Origin: Lama guanicoe | Taxonomy: Eukaryota | Direction: 5' to 3' | Length of the DNA stretch: 64,000 nucleotides | Assembly: GCA_013239625.1 (NCBI GenBank) | Contig: MU055594.1 | Span: forward strand, 16,062,445-16,126,444 | Shown here: positions 1 to 13,680 of the stretch, piece after piece | How positions within the stretch are numbered: the first letter of the stretch is position 1 | Layout of the letters: the number at the start of each line of letters is the position of its first letter | Made by a program: the position numbers and the translations under genes | Notes under the pieces: model-generated | Seen by the model: only the letters and a program-made list of their open reading frames with translations | The model's database searches: none | What the model was told of the DNA's origin: nothing

Positions 1-237
1 TTTTATCTTGGCAATTTAAAACAGTGATTTTATCCAGTGCTAGAGTGGGTGTAAAAAAAATGAAACACTCATTATTGTTAGTAATCTTTCTAAATCACTT
101 TGGAAAGGTATCTTACTCTTAAATACAGAAACTTTTTGATCTACCTGTCACACTTCTGAGAAACTTCTATGAGAAGAAAAGCATCAATATGTAGGGGAAA
201 ATGTGCAAAGGCACTTACTGCAGCATTGTACTTAAAA

Positions 238-267
238 ACACACACACACACACAAAACATACACACA
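238..267. repeat. Imperfect (CA)n microsatellite
   Basis: acacacacacaacacaaaacatacacaca. Confidence 0.8.
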
Positions 268-2330
268 AAGAAAACTGTAGCCTGAATGTTAATAAGGATT
301 TAAAAAATGGTCGAATACAGCATACTGTATTCATATATGGAGTATTATGTCCTTTTTGTTAAAAAGAATGAATTGTTGACTTGGAGGAGGGGTTAATATT
401 GAAGTATTCTTAGTGAAAAATGATTTGCAAAGAAATATATACTTGTCATCTTACCTTTGCAATTAATAGCCATATCCCATTGAGTGTATATGTTTATGAA
501 CTTTTTACCAAAGTTTTCTAGAACTATTTATATCTTGTTTTAACAGTTACAATGATCACATTAATGTCTTAGTTTTGCTGGAGGAATGTGTAATATCAGT
601 CAAAAAATTCAGCCATGATTACACTGCTTGACAAATCAAACTTAATTTTTGCATATTCCCTTTGTAGGTCTATGCGCACCTTTCGGGCATAATTGTACCA
701 CTCATATAGTTTTCATTGTTGTGTGTTTAGTGTTTTTGTTTGTTTTGTTTTGCTTTTTTTAAAATTTCTCTTATTTCCAGATGATTTTCTTACCATATTT
801 AATTCCCTCATAATAGTCAACTTGGTGAATCAGAACTTCTCACTTATAAAGTGTATTTAGGGATTTTTTTACTTTACTTTTGTGAGTTTGTTTTTTCTTT
901 TATAGGTAAGATACTAAAATGTATTTGAATTTTATAGCTTTATTTTTTCAGTTGAATTAAATCTTACTGTAATTTCTTTGGAGTAGGGGAATTGGTTGAG
1001 CAAAAGGTAAGATCATTTTTAAAGTTATTGGCATATTTTTGTCAGGATAGAGTTGCAGTTAGGATTAAAAATAGTTTCCACATTTCTCCATGCATAAATG
1101 TATGAGCCTTTAAATATATTTTTAGTGTATGTACTTTCCTCAGTTTCACAGTGCAGCTTCATTTCTGTCCTTCCTCTCATTGCCTGCTTTCCAACCCCCT
1201 GTTGCCACGCCTTCTTCTCTCCTGTTGAGTAGAAACTGTGATAGAGTTCTAGGAACAGTGGACTAAGTGCAGTGACCTGGCTTTGATTCTCAGGTCTACC
1301 AGTAAACAAACTTTCTGATCTTGGCCAAGTCATTTGATTGTCAGTTTTCTCATTCAGAAATGCAGTTTATATCAGGTGATTTCTAGGGTTCATTCCAGCT
1401 CTACATTCTGTGATTTTTATGGTAGTTTTTGGGGGGGCCTTTAAAAGACATTGGAAGGGTTATTTTATTCCCCTCCCTTCAAGCAGGACTGTAAGCAATC
1501 AAACCATATTGGAAAAATTATTTTCTGTTAATGTTATATAATATGGCTCTAAGTGAGATTCCATAGCCACCCTTAGAATGCTTAAAGTTTCAATCCATTT
1601 TTATTAGAGGCGGCTTTGGTGTTTTTTGAATGACCATATCTTTTAGGAGAGTACTTAACTCTTTTGGGACTGCATCTTCTATTTTAGAATTCCAGTGAAA
1701 CCTGTGCTCTCTTCTTAGATTAAGATCCCTGTCTTGATACAGACAAAATAGTGAGTCAAGAAAAGACGTAAGAATATTGGAAATTGGTATATAACCCCAA
1801 AAGTATAAAGTATTAGTGAAGAAACTGTTTAAGAATGATACTGAAAAAGAAAATCGATCCCTTTTGACACATACTGTGTCAAAAAATACTAGCTAGATAG
1901 GTTACAGATCTAAATGTAGAAAAGCAAACTTGCAAACTTTTATATTCTCTTTACAGGAACATTTTCTTTATGATGTGGGATAGGGAAGGATTTCTTAAAG
2001 ACAAAAAAATTAATTTGAGTACTTCAAAAAAGCTTATATACATCAAAATATAAAATAAAGGTAGAAGACGAGGTGCAGATTTGGAGAAGATATTTTTTAA
2101 CATATAACTGGGTTTTTATCCAGAGTACATTAACATTTTTATATAGATAGATATGAAAACGATTCACTAGAAAAATGGGCAAAGAATATGAATAGATGGA
2201 AGAGGAGACCCTGTTGACAGATGTTCCTTGCTATTCCAAAATTCAGAGAGAAATAGATTGAGATAACCAGATAGATTTCTTTACTTGTTTGTTTATTTAC
2301 CAACACTTTCTAAGTCCTATGTACTAAGTA

Positions 2331-2473
2331 CAGTTCGCCCCCCATAACCACAGGTTTCACATCTGCAGGTATGGAGGTCCACCTGTAAGGGACTTGAGCA
2401 TGCAGGGATTTTGGTATCTGCCAGTTGGGGGCAGGGTCCTGGAACCAGTCTCCATGGATACCAAGTGATGACT
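2331..2473 (-). mobile_element. MER2-like (TcMar-Tigger) DNA transposon remnant
   Basis: GGGTCCTGGAACCAGTCTCCATGGATACCAAGTGATGACT resembles the reverse-complemented MER2-type terminus; GGGACTTGAGCAT..GGATTTTGGTATC internal motif. Confidence 0.6.
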
Positions 2474-2499
2474 ATTTGGGGAAAGTAGTTAAGACCTAG

Positions 2500-3725
2500 G
2501 CAGAGGATTCTAGGAAGGTGGCAGAGTGGGATATACCAGGAATCTGGGCCCCCCCCCCACACACACACACACAACGATTGCACTGGCAGAATCTGTCTGA
2601 TTTAGCTATTTGGGAACTCTGGAGTCTACTGAAGGCTTGCAGCTTCCAGGGGACAGCTTAGATGGTAAACTGAGGTTAAGTTCAGTAATTTTCAGCTTTT
2701 AGCTTAGCACAGTAATAGGTGCCCAGTTCCCTGGTAGACAGCTGTGCAAGGTTTCAGAAGCAGCTTACACACAGCTTGTAGGAACCAGGGTATAAACAAA
2801 ATAAGACCCTTTTCTCTAAATATCAGGAATCGCTGGTTGCTGCTTCTGATTACAGAGGTACAGAGAGGAAGACATCATTTTTGTTACACCTACCCTCATT
2901 TGCTATGAGCCCTCCCACTCCAGCTAAAGTGACCTTTAGGGGATTTAAAAGGTAGTGCCCTTCATTTTCCTTTTTCTCCTTTTGAGAGCTAGACATTAGA
3001 CTCTAGGACATTCAAAAGCAATTGCATATTTTTAAAAAAGTGATTGCACATGCCCAAGAAAGGCACAAGCTCTGAAAAGACCTTAAGTTTATGCCTCAGG
3101 CTAGTTTTTGGCATAGAGACAGCCTACAACAATAACCAAAAAATCCCAGCAAACCCTGGGGAAAGGGGAGAATCTGATTTCCACAGTTAACTACATTATT
3201 TGACTCAAATTCTGGTTTTCAACAAAAAATTGCAAGGCACACAAACAGGGAAGTATGGCTCATTCAAAGGAATAAAATCATCAGTGACTGTCCTAAAGAT
3301 GCTCAAAGAACTAAAGGAAAATGTGGGAAAAGTCAAGGAAGCAATCAATGTATGAACAAAATGGAAGTATCAATAAAGAGATAGAAAACCTTAAAAGAAA
3401 CAAACTAAAGGGAAATTTTAGAGCTGAAAAGTATAGTAACTGAAATGAAAATTTTACTANNNNNNNNNNNNNNNNNNNNNNNNNNNNNNNNNNNNNNNNN
3501 NNNNNNNNNNNNNNNNNNNNNNNNNNNNNNNNNNNNNNNNNNNNNNNNNNNNNNNNNNNNNNNNNNNNNNNNNNNNNNNNNNNNNNNNNNNNNNNNNNNN
3601 NNNNTCAAGTGGATCAACATATGCATTATGGGAGTTTCAGCCAGAGAAGAGAAAGAGAGGGGCCAAGAATATTTGAAGAAATAATGGTTAAAAATGTCCC
3701 AAATGTGATTAAAGACATGAATTGA
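2500..3725 (+). mobile_element. Old LINE-1 5'UTR/ORF1 fragment
   Basis: A-rich, degenerate ORF1-like text (GAAATTTTAGAGCTGAAAAGTATAGTAACTGAAATGAAAA; ATATTTGAAGAAATAATGG). Confidence 0.65.
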
Positions 3726-4847
3726 AAAAAGGTACAATATGGTACCAATAATATGAGATTTATAAACACGTAAAATAGTACCATATATTTTATGGATATA
3801 CATGTGTAAAATATGCTCTATAAGGATGATCACCAGTTTCAGGATAGAGATTATCTTTTAGATGGGAATGTTAAAAGAAATGAAGCAAATGTAGCAGAAT
3901 GTTAATTTGTTAAATCTGAATGTTGACTGCAGGGGTGTCTAATGTGATAGTCTCAACTTTTCTGTATGTTTAAAGATTTTTCTATATACATATTTGTAGA
4001 ATCCCAGTTGGAAAAATTGGAAATGATTTTTTTCAACATTTTATTACAGAAAACTTCAAACATCCGACAAAAACAAAGAGGATGGTATGGCAAATCCTCA
4101 TCACTCAGTTTAATACATAATCAGTCTTCTAGTTTGATCTGTATTCCCCGACTCTCTCAGAAATTGTTTTGAATATATATACTACCATCCATCAATGAAA
4201 AAAACACTTCAGGATGCATTTTTAAATGAACATGCTTTCAGAGGTATATAACCATGCCAGCACTATCATCCTTTTAAAAACTGATACTGATTACTTAATA
4301 TCCAGTATCCAGACAATGGTCAGAATTCCCCCGTTGTTTCATAAATGGAAAACAGATTATCTCTAATTCATAATAGAGAGCAGAACAGGACTTTTTCCTC
4401 TTCGGAGCATTTCCTGTCTTCCAGAGGACTTTGGGTAACTACCACTCTGGGACCAAAGGAAAGCAAGTGTCAGCAGGGTGCTAACCTTTNNNNNNNNNNN
4501 NNNNNNNNNNNNNNNNNNNNNNNNNNNNNNNNNNNNNNNNNNNNNNNNNNNNNNNNNNNNNNNNNNNNNNNNNNNNNNNNNNNNNNNNNNNNNNNNNNNN
4601 NNNNNNNNNNNNNNNNNNNNNNNNNNNNNNNNNNNNNNNNNNNNNNNNNNNNNNNNNNNNNTGTCAACACAGGAGCATGGCTGATTTGGAAGGGTCAGAC
4701 AGGCAAGTCGAATATTTCATATGTAATAGAAATGGGAAAGGAAACCATCCCCCCCAAATTTTTTTTTCTTAAAAAGTGAATAGATAGTCCTTTTCTTTGT
4801 TGTGTTTTTGGAATCTATTAAATTGTGTCATGATTAATTTCCTGCAG

Positions 4848-4953
4848 ACACAGCAGCAGATTGCTGTCCAGGGCCAGCAAGTGGCCCAGACTGCTGAAGG
4901 GCAGACCATCGTCTATCAGCCAGTTAATGCGGATGGCACCATTCTCCAGCAAG
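4848..4953 (+). CDS. NFYA: NFYA exon (Q-rich activation domain)
   Basis: ttcctgcag|ACA...CAAG|gtaagt, 106 nt. Confidence 0.97.
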
Positions 4954-7900
4954 GTAAGTGTGCCCGTCACTTCTGTGGGACTTCTAGGGGCATCCTTTTC
5001 ATCTTGAGCAAATTACTGGTTTAGAAATTTTGTGGTGACCTGTACAGCATATTTTTAAACAACAAAGCTTTCCTCTAAGTCTCCATTGATTGTTAGTTCC
5101 TTGTCACCAATATGTGACCAGTGTTGATTCCATTTGTGAGAGACCTACAGTGGTTGTTAAAGATAACCAGTAGGACCCTAGGGATTATGTAAGCTTTAAT
5201 CCTATTGGGGAAGAAATGTTTCTTAATGGAAATACAGAGTTTCTTTAGTGGTAGAAAAATACATCGTAAGTCAAGTTGGCATTTAATTGCTGTTTCTGCT
5301 TATGTTTTTTCTTTTTTGCTGGGTCACTTTATTATTAATTTATTCCAAGAAGACTTATATGCCCACTGCGTGTGCGGCACTTTACTAAGAAGAGTTTTCT
5401 CAAAGAGCCTCTAGTCTAGTAGGTGAGACATGCTTGTGAACAAATAAACACAGTGCAGAGCCCTTATTAGAGGTGTGTTCTGGGAATAGATGATGTGTAA
5501 ATTAAGAGGTGAAATCTGTTTGACTTGGGAAGAGAATGGACTTCAGAGAGGAGGAAGTGACTCAAACTGAGCTAAAGAGCTTTTGGAAGCATTTTTCAAA
5601 TATTTAAATCTAGAGATGACATCTCAGATTCTACAACTAAAGATTTGACTTGTGATTAAAATTTGGGAGTGTACAAGATCCAGCGAGTGCTCTCCTAGAA
5701 CTCAGGAGAGGACTGAACTGGCATGAGCCCTGGCAGGAGCTCAGAGGACGGTGAACAAATCCTCAAGTGCTGTTCTTGATAGTCTGGGGACTTGGAATTT
5801 AAGTTTTAGTCCTGCACCTGGCTGACTGACTGTCAATGTAGGGTAAACAAATTTAAGTTTATAAAACCCTCATCCTGAAGCAGATAATTTATGTATATAA
5901 GAACAGTGGATATAGCTGAAGTCAGACTGACCCATAGAAAGAGCAGCCTCCAAACTTTTTGGTCCCCTGTCAAAACGTATTATTGGAATACCCAAGGAAG
6001 TATCCATTTCAAAGATTATTCAGAACTGGAACCTGGATAGTTAATAGAGTATCTAAGATTGTGATTACTTGGATTATATACAGCAAACCAGACAGAGAAT
6101 GGAAGGGTGCTTTTTCTCCCTTTGCTGTTGGATGTTTTTCTAGGGTGAATAAGTGTGTGCCAGATAGAAGAGGGACTAACTGTGTTCCCTTCTCTCTGTG
6201 TACCTGTTTTTGTTTGTTNNNNNNNNNNNNNNNNNNNNNNNNNNNNNNNNNNNNNNNNNNNNNNNNNNNNNNNNNNNNNNNNNNNNNNNNNNNNNNNNNN
6301 NNNNNNNNNNNNNNNNNNNNNNNNNNNNNNNNNNNNNNNNNNNNNNNNNNNNNNNNNNNNNNNNNNNNNNNNNNNNNNNNNNNNNNNNNNNNNNNNNNNN
6401 NNNNNNNNNNNNNNNNNNNNNNTTTGTCTCACTCTTCATGTCTATGATGTGTTTTTCCATGTATCTCTTTGTCTGAAAATTTCTTGAAGTTGCAGTTTGA
6501 TGTCTCTTATAACGCTGACCTCTTGGGGTTGAGATTAACCCCTGAGACACTTACAGAGATCTAATTCTACAGTGAATACTGCAGTGAGCCGTGGTTCACT
6601 CTGAGCGCCTCCCATGTGCCGGAGAATGTTCTAGTAGCTAGAGATATAGCAGAAGATAAAGAAATGTAAATGTATGCGTTTATGTAATCTTACTCAGAAT
6701 TCAGATAATGAAGGGAGGGAGAGACTACTACTCATCTTTGGGAAATGGAAAGTATATTACACACAAGTGGCTGAAACAAGAAGTGAGTTCAAAATTAGAA
6801 AGCTTGTAATCAGTATAGACAAACCAAAAAATGTGTGAGGTAAATATATTGGCAAGACAGGGAAGGAGAGTTGGGTGATGCAAGTGAAAGCTAAATTCTC
6901 ACATGTCAACATAGGCTGTCATTATACAGTGCCTAAGATGGATAAATTAAGAATGAGTCGGAGAAACCTGCTCCGAGGTGCAGGAAGCTACCAGAAGAAA
7001 CAGTACAGCCATTGAGTTGTTACAGTTGGGAAGGGAATGGAGCTCAGGCGCCTGTTACTTGTTTCCTCATACATTTAGTACAGTGTTTTATTTTTGTTTC
7101 TGAAATGGAAAATATGGATTGGATTATATCGTAAGTTAACTATTTGATTAAATTACTCATATAACTTAAAAGCGTTTAATAGTGCTTGGTCAATCTGAAC
7201 CTACATACGTGCTGTTTTCTTTGTGCTCCTTTATTGCTTTATTACTGTCCATGACCACTAGATGGCAACAGACCTTCCCAGAACATGGAGCCATAGGTGG
7301 ACAAAAATTTGGACATGATTGTGTCATTTCTCAGTGTGGCTCCTGGCCCCCTATGACAGAATCATCTGGAGTGTTTGTTTAAAATGCAGGCCTTGGTGTA
7401 AATGTTCTCCAGGAATCTGCATTTCACTTAGTGCACTAAAAAGCTATTCTCTGTAGCACTTAGAAGAAAATTAATAGGGACCAAGAAACTTTTCTGTGTT
7501 CGTATTCATGCCACTATTTAATAAGCTCTGATTTTCTCTTCACTCAGATGGTACCTGGTGCTGGCTCTGTGCCTGCTATCCAAAGAATCCCTCTCCCTGG
7601 AGCAGAGATGCTCGAAGAAGAGCCTCTCTATGTGAATGCCAAACAGTACCACCGTATACTTAAGAGGAGGCAAGCCCGGGCTAAATTAGAGGCAGAAGGG
7701 AAAATTCCAAAGGAAAGAAGGGTATGTATAACATTGGGAAGGCTATAGGACGAGAATAGCAGGGTTCTACTTTTGAAGTTACCTTTTATGTGGGTGGTTG
7801 GTTGGTTTCCTTGTGTACCTTCCAAACACTGAAGTTAGGTAGCTGTTACATTTTGTTAAAGTTAGCATTTGTTATTGCTATATGCAGCTGCAACTACAGA

Positions 7901-10900
7901 AACAACAACAAAACCTGTGGCGTAAATAGGATTTTTTTTTTCTTACATAAAAGAGGTCCAGAGATTTGGGCTGGTAGCACATTTCTAGTCTTCAAGACCC
8001 ATTGTCTTCCTGTCTTAGCGTCCTAATATTCTTAGTATACTACCCGTTGTCCAAGATGACTGCTTGGGCTTCAGCCTAGGAGCAAAGGGAACAGGAAAGG
8101 CACTCTTTCAAGGAAACATTCAAGAAGTTCCACACTTCTCATTAGCCAGAATTTACATACATGGCCACACTGAAGCCTGCAAATAAGGTTAGGAAATGTA
8201 GTTAGTTTTACTGAGCAGACACTAAAATTTGGTCTGTTACTAAAGCAAAAGAGAGGGTACACATTGGGAGGTAGATAGTGATTTCTGCTATATCTTTGGC
8301 AAATCTTTTTAGTTACTACTCATTTGGCAGTTCCATTCTTAGGATGGTTATGTATGCTTAGCTGCTATTTGTGTTTTCTCCAAAGCTTTCTTCATAACAC
8401 AAGGTCATAATTGCCCCTGGTGGCTTTGATCACACTTTTGAGGATGAGATTTGTGCAATGGATAACTATGCTGATTTCAGCTAGTGTCTCTTGTTTTAGA
8501 AATACCTGCATGAGTCTCGGCACCGTCATGCCATGGCACGGAAGCGTGGTGAAGGTGGACGATTTTTCTCTCCAAAGGAAAAAGATAGTCCCCATATGCA
8601 GGTAAGAAGATGAATACTTCTATTCTTCTCTTTATTGTCTTGTGTTTTCTTGGGTGGGAGCCTTCACAGTGTCCTCTTGATATTTTCACACTAGGGACTA
8701 ACCAGTCTCTAAACTGGATACAACGTTGTGTCTTAGATTCCTTTGCATCTTTTCAGAATTAAGATCCAGTGGCCTTTTTTCCTCCCAGTCTTTGCCAGTT
8801 ATCACTATCAATTTCTTGAAATTCTCACTTTTCTTGATTTTCAAAGAACAAGTTTGTTTCTTAGTGTCCTAGTACCAGCAGCAGCTAACACTTAACTGCT
8901 GTGTGCCAGCCGTTAGGTTTAAGCATTTTCATAAGCTTTTTTTTCAATAAATCTTTATAACAACCTCAAGCCGCATGAGGTAAGAATTGTAGTTTCCATT
9001 TTACCTTTGAATCTAAGATTTAGAGAGGTTACGTAGTTCAGTTAAACTATTTAATAAAATGATGCAGCTGAAATTCAGACCCAAGCAGTGTAAATTCCAG
9101 TACTTAACTCTGTAACCACACTGGTCCTTGCATCTGATTCTACTTACCGTATCTCACTGGTATTTCTGAGTCAATATATCCAAAACAGAACTCTTGGTTT
9201 TTATTTTTTCTTGCCTAAACCAGACACGAGTGACATGTCCATTCACCCAGTTATTAAAGCTAGAATTGTCCAATTCTTGAAGTCCTTGGTCTTAACTCTA
9301 AAATATAATCTGAATCAGTTTACTTTTTTTCCCTCCCAACTGCAGTCCGTCTGGCCTAATCATCTCTTCTTTTGCTTCAATTAATACATCTGCCTCATCT
9401 CCCCTCCTGCTCTACTTCATTCTCCACATCTTAGCGTGATCTTTCTACATACATGTCATATCACATCACCATCCTGCTTTAACGCCTTCCACTCTCACCC
9501 TTTTCCATTTGATTTGCACTCAGACTAAAATCCAAAGTGCTTATTACCATGGCCAGCAAGGCCCTGCAGAGTCTTAGCTCCTGCCCACCTCTGGCTTTAT
9601 TTCCTTCTACTCCTTGGTCTCTGTGCTCTTACTGTACTGTTCATTGATCTGTTTCCTGCCATGGGACCTTGGTCTTTAAAATAGCCAATCTGTAGAGCTT
9701 TTCATGCCATCGTTTTGCATGGCTATCTCTTACTTATCTTTCAGGTCTTGGTTTAAATCTGAGAGGCCAGACTGGGTCTCTTCTACCCCATTATTTTCTC
9801 ACATCTGCCTTTTCTTTTGAGTATAATGACCTCATTGTTTTATTTGTGTGATCATGTGGTAGTTGCCTCCTTCCCTAGACTATAAGCTGTACAGAGAGTA
9901 GATGATTGTTGTTTCCTATTGTATTTATTGGACTTAGTATAATGCCCATTCAAGAGCAAGCACTTAGTAAATGTTGAATTGATGGGTCCCTCCCATTTAC
10001 TGATACTTTATTCTGTATGCCCATCACATCCCACATGCACTATTGTCAAATCAGTCTTTGTAAGAAAGTGCTTTCTTAACAATGTCAGTCCCCTGCTCAA
10101 GGATGCATGCTAGTTTTTAATTTTTTGCAGCAGATCTCAAACTGTTTCTATAACTTACTTAACGTCTTTTAGCCTCACTTTGTCCACCTGTAAGTGAGAT
10201 GCTGTTGATACTTGACAGGAATGTTGTGGGGATTTCATACAATAAGCCATGTTAGGCACCTGTGTAGCACAGTGCCTCGTGCACAGTGAGAGCTCAGTAA
10301 ACGCTGGTTATTGTTCTTGCATGTTGATCAAGACCCAGCCTCCCATCCTCCCACCTGCAGAAATGTTTCAGCTTTTTCTTGGATCATGCCAACTGAGGCT
10401 TTAGAACTTTAGTGTGGAGGAACTGAAGGTGGTTATTGTGGAATGTTGCAAAAAATCCCAAGGACTGAGCCTTGTCTTAACCTTACAGGTTTTAAGTAAG
10501 AGGCAGGCAGTAGACAGAGTTTAGTGGAAAGAAGATTAAATGGGAGCCAAAGTATTTCTTGTTGGGCTTCTGACTAACTTGATTCTAGTCCAGGTAGATC
10601 ACTTTACCCATCCAGGCTTCAGGTTTAGCTACAAAATGAGTGCATAAAATAATGTAAATAAATTAGTGTCCTTTCCAGCATTGCCGAGTGCTCAATATTT
10701 AAATATGACAAGAAAATAAGAATATAAAAGTACAGCCTGACAGTTTCTCTGGGTCTTTTTCTTAGCCGCCTAAGGACTCTTAATCCTTAAAAGTAGGGAA
10801 CAACATAGGTACTTAGGAAAAGAGATATATTCTTGACCCTTGAGTGTTCAGTAATGAAGTGCCAGGCCAGACTTGGAGTCGTTTTAAGAATAAGGTTTAT

Positions 10901-11130
10901 TGTCTCCTTTCCTAATGGAGCTGCATTTTAATCCATGTATGCAGACTTAGATGCATTATAGACCTTTGATTTTCTGAGCAAAGTTTGTTTATTCCCTTTG
11001 TGATAAGTAGTGAGAACCATGAGTTCCCAGTTGGCTTTTGCAAAAGACTTTAATCATTATTATGCTTTCTTTGTAGGATCCAAATCAAGCAGATGAAGAG
11101 GCAATGACACAGATCATCCGAGTGTCCTAA
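4848..11130 (+). CDS. NFYA: NFYA (nuclear transcription factor Y alpha), 3' part; visible exons 4848-4953, 7548-7721, 8500-8601, 11077-11130
   Basis: Exon translations TQQQIAVQGQQVAQTAEGQTIVYQPVNADGTILQQ / MVPGAGSVPAIQRIPLPGAEMLEEEPLYVNAKQYHRILKRRQARAKLEAEGKIPKERR / KYLHESRHRHAMARKRGEGGRFFSPKEKDSPHMQ / DPNQADEEAMTQIIRVS* match NF-YA, including the conserved HAP2/CBF-B core. AG/GT boundaries are canonical. The 5' exons lie upstream of the window. Confidence 0.98.
7548..7721 (+). CDS. NFYA: NFYA exon (NF-YB/YC interaction helix A1)
   Basis: cactcag|ATGGTA...AGAAGG|gtatgt, 174 nt; EEPLYVNAKQYHRILKRRQARAKLE. Confidence 0.98.
7890..8290. mobile_element. MaLR (MLT1-like) LTR remnant
   Basis: CCAAGATGACTGCT and CATTAGCCAGAA..ACATGGCCACA..GGAAATGTAGT motifs typical of MLT1 LTRs. 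Confidence 0.5.
8500..8601 (+). CDS. NFYA: NFYA exon (DNA-binding helix A2, GxGGRF)
   Basis: ttttag|AAATAC...ATGCAG|gtaaga, 102 nt; YLHESRHRHAMARKRGEGGRF. Confidence 0.98.
8890..10320. mobile_element. MIR/L2 fragment cluster in the last NFYA intron
   Basis: MIR core-like (TTCCATTTTAC..AGAGAGGTTA; GCCTCACTTTGTCCACCTGTAAGTGAG) and L2 3' end-like (CCCTAGACTATAAGCT..CACTTAGTAAATGTTGAATTGA) motifs. Confidence 0.55.
11077..11130 (+). CDS. NFYA: NFYA terminal coding exon
   Basis: ttgtag|GATCCA...TCCTAA; DPNQADEEAMTQIIRVS*. Confidence 0.97.
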   Translation, partial: DPNQADEEAMTQIIRVS

Positions 11131-13680
11131 CCCCAGGCCATGTGATGGAGCTTATCAAGGTCATGTTCCTCACACTGCTTCCCACTGTTCCAAGGAAATG
11201 GATCAGCTCTTCCGATGGGACACTGACGATCACATTCTGCCCTTTTCTACAGGACAGAAACCACTTAGTTTTTATAATAAGTGGCTCAGTATTATAATTG
11301 CAGCGATGTCTGGCAAATTGAAGTTGCAAGCCTTTGTCTCACCCTTTTCAGTCAGGACCTATTTCAGACTGTTGATGATATTGACATTTCATGAGTTGGG
11401 ATGATGCAAGGGACCCATGCCAGCCCAGCAGTATCACACAAAGCACTTAGTTGACTGGTGATGACAGCCAGCCATCTCAGCAGAGAACAACCTTCTCGAC
11501 CTAAACTGCAATCAGGGAAGCCACAGCCAACTCCTTCCCATGGATTCTAAACAGCACCCATCCCTCTGACGGGGATCTTAGGCTGACTAATGGACACTTA
11601 GTATTCAGAGATGGCTTCCAGGAAGGGAAGCTCCATCTCATGATATGGAAACAGTAAATTCTCTGAGTTACATGCATCTAATCTGTGGTAATAATAAGAA
11701 TCTCTTTCCACCCAGATGATAGGTTGGTAGTTTTGGACTCCAGCCAAGAAAAAGCTAACTCTGGGGGAATGATGAAAGAGCACTAAAGCACTAAAAATAT
11801 AAATTGCTGGATCTCTTAGCTTTGACAAGTGTGGTCTGCTTGTCTGTGTTGACACGTCACGTGGAACATAGTTCTTGCTGTGGCTACTTGGAAGACAATT
11901 TAGAGGGTATTGGACCTTGAAACTGCCTTTCATACGTAGAGAACAAAATTGCACAACAGCTTCTTTGCTGAAGTGCTGAGGACATTTGTAGTAACTCCTA
12001 AACAGAGCCAAACCAGAGCTTTTCAGTCATGGGCTTCGTGACAGCATGTGAGGAATGGAAGGGTTGGTGTGTGTTTCAGTCTAGAGGAACAAAGAAAGTA
12101 GTATATACACCCATGTATTGTCATATAACATGATTCGCCAGTGGATGGATGCCTGGATGGATCATTAAGATGAAGAGAATAATGTACATTACATTCATAC
12201 TGTAACTTTTTAACAAGCATGGAAAGGAAGAAGTCTGAGGTTTGGTCCTTGACAATTTCTGGAAAGCACTGTTCAGTCAAGCTGTCCTGGACATATTCTG
12301 GGTTATCTACTAGAGCTTGATGTTGGCTTCACTCCTGCTGTGCTTTGTGCTGGCCCCAGAGAGCGAACATTCTCATTCTTCCCATGGCAGCTGATTCTTT
12401 GGTGCCAGTTTCCGTTTGTGTGCCCTTTTCTCTGTAGGCCTTGTGCAGAAAGGTTTTCACATGCTGGGGATAAACTGCAGACTGGAAAGATTCCTGCAGG
12501 GTCAGGAACTGGGCCACAGCTTCCAGAATGGGTTGTGCCTCAGGAATCTATTTCTGTTCTAGATGTGGTACCCTGGGAGAACTAAGATAATTCAGAAGAG
12601 TTGCTGCTCCCTGGAAACAAATAAGGAAAACCTAATTCTTTCGAAGAACATGTGGGTTTGATTTAAATACCAAGAGAAGAGATTGGCTCTTTCTTTGATT
12701 TTACTCTAGCTGTATTAAGAGGGAAAAGAAATTAAACCCTGTAAAGAAGACATCACAAAGGGAAATCATTGTAATGGTAGAAATAGAGGTACAGAGCTAT
12801 GCAAAGAAAGCAGGAAGTGAAGTGTCTCCCTAGTCCCTTGACTCTAGTCATCTGTCCTGACTTCTAGATGTCGGGAGGAGCTGACCCTTTGGTAGGCTCA
12901 CTAGAAACTCCTGGCTGGTTATGTGAGTTTCGGGTGTTAACCTTATTTGGTTTTTCAGAGGATAGATTACTAAAAACAATGAGTTTACATCCCTTGGTTT
13001 GTTTAGGAATCTTTAAGATGCTGAGTTCAGAAAGAAATTCCTCAGACCTAATTTCTAGTACTTAAGCTAGCAACAGTTCTAAAATCATATTTATTTGTCT
13101 GTATGTTTGTACATAGTACCAACCTCATATTGTTGCAGATTTCTTTTTTCCATGAGTTTGAGTTTGGTTTTATTTGAAATGAAATTTTCAGTTGTCATTT
13201 TGTCATTGCATTTCAGGTAGCTCATGGCCCTTTTATTGTGGTCATTTTAGCACATAATAACCCACAAAGTGGGGTTGAGGTTTGGATTTTTTTGTTACCA
13301 GTTCTTTTAATTTGTCCTTGTGACTAGTGACGACTTCATATATGCAAAAAGAGTGTGTGGGTGTGTGAATAATTGGTTTAATACATAGTTATTTCACTTC
13401 TTGAGTGGTTTTTTGGTTTTTTGTTTTTTTGCAGGATAATTGTATATATTTTAATTGCACTGATACATTGAACATGTCAGTGTCTGTACCACTGGACCAA
13501 CAGCATTTTTCTGGCTAATAGGTGCCTGATAATAATGTCTTGATTTTCCTTTGGGACTCAACTCTGTAGAAGGTTCTTTTCCCCCCCAGCAGTAGTGGGG
13601 AGCACAGGCGATTGATCATTGATGTCATTTCAATTGTTATTTTTTTAAATAAATAAATAAATTTATAAAAATGCTAAAAA
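11131..13680 (+). other. NFYA: NFYA 3'UTR with overlapping AATAAA signals at about 13648-13661
   Basis: Repeat-poor, U-rich sequence after the stop; AAATAAATAAATAAA cluster followed by GT-rich downstream sequence. Confidence 0.65.

Noticed and set aside
3405-6550. ORFs spanning N gaps
   Set aside because: Artefacts of translating Ns as X.
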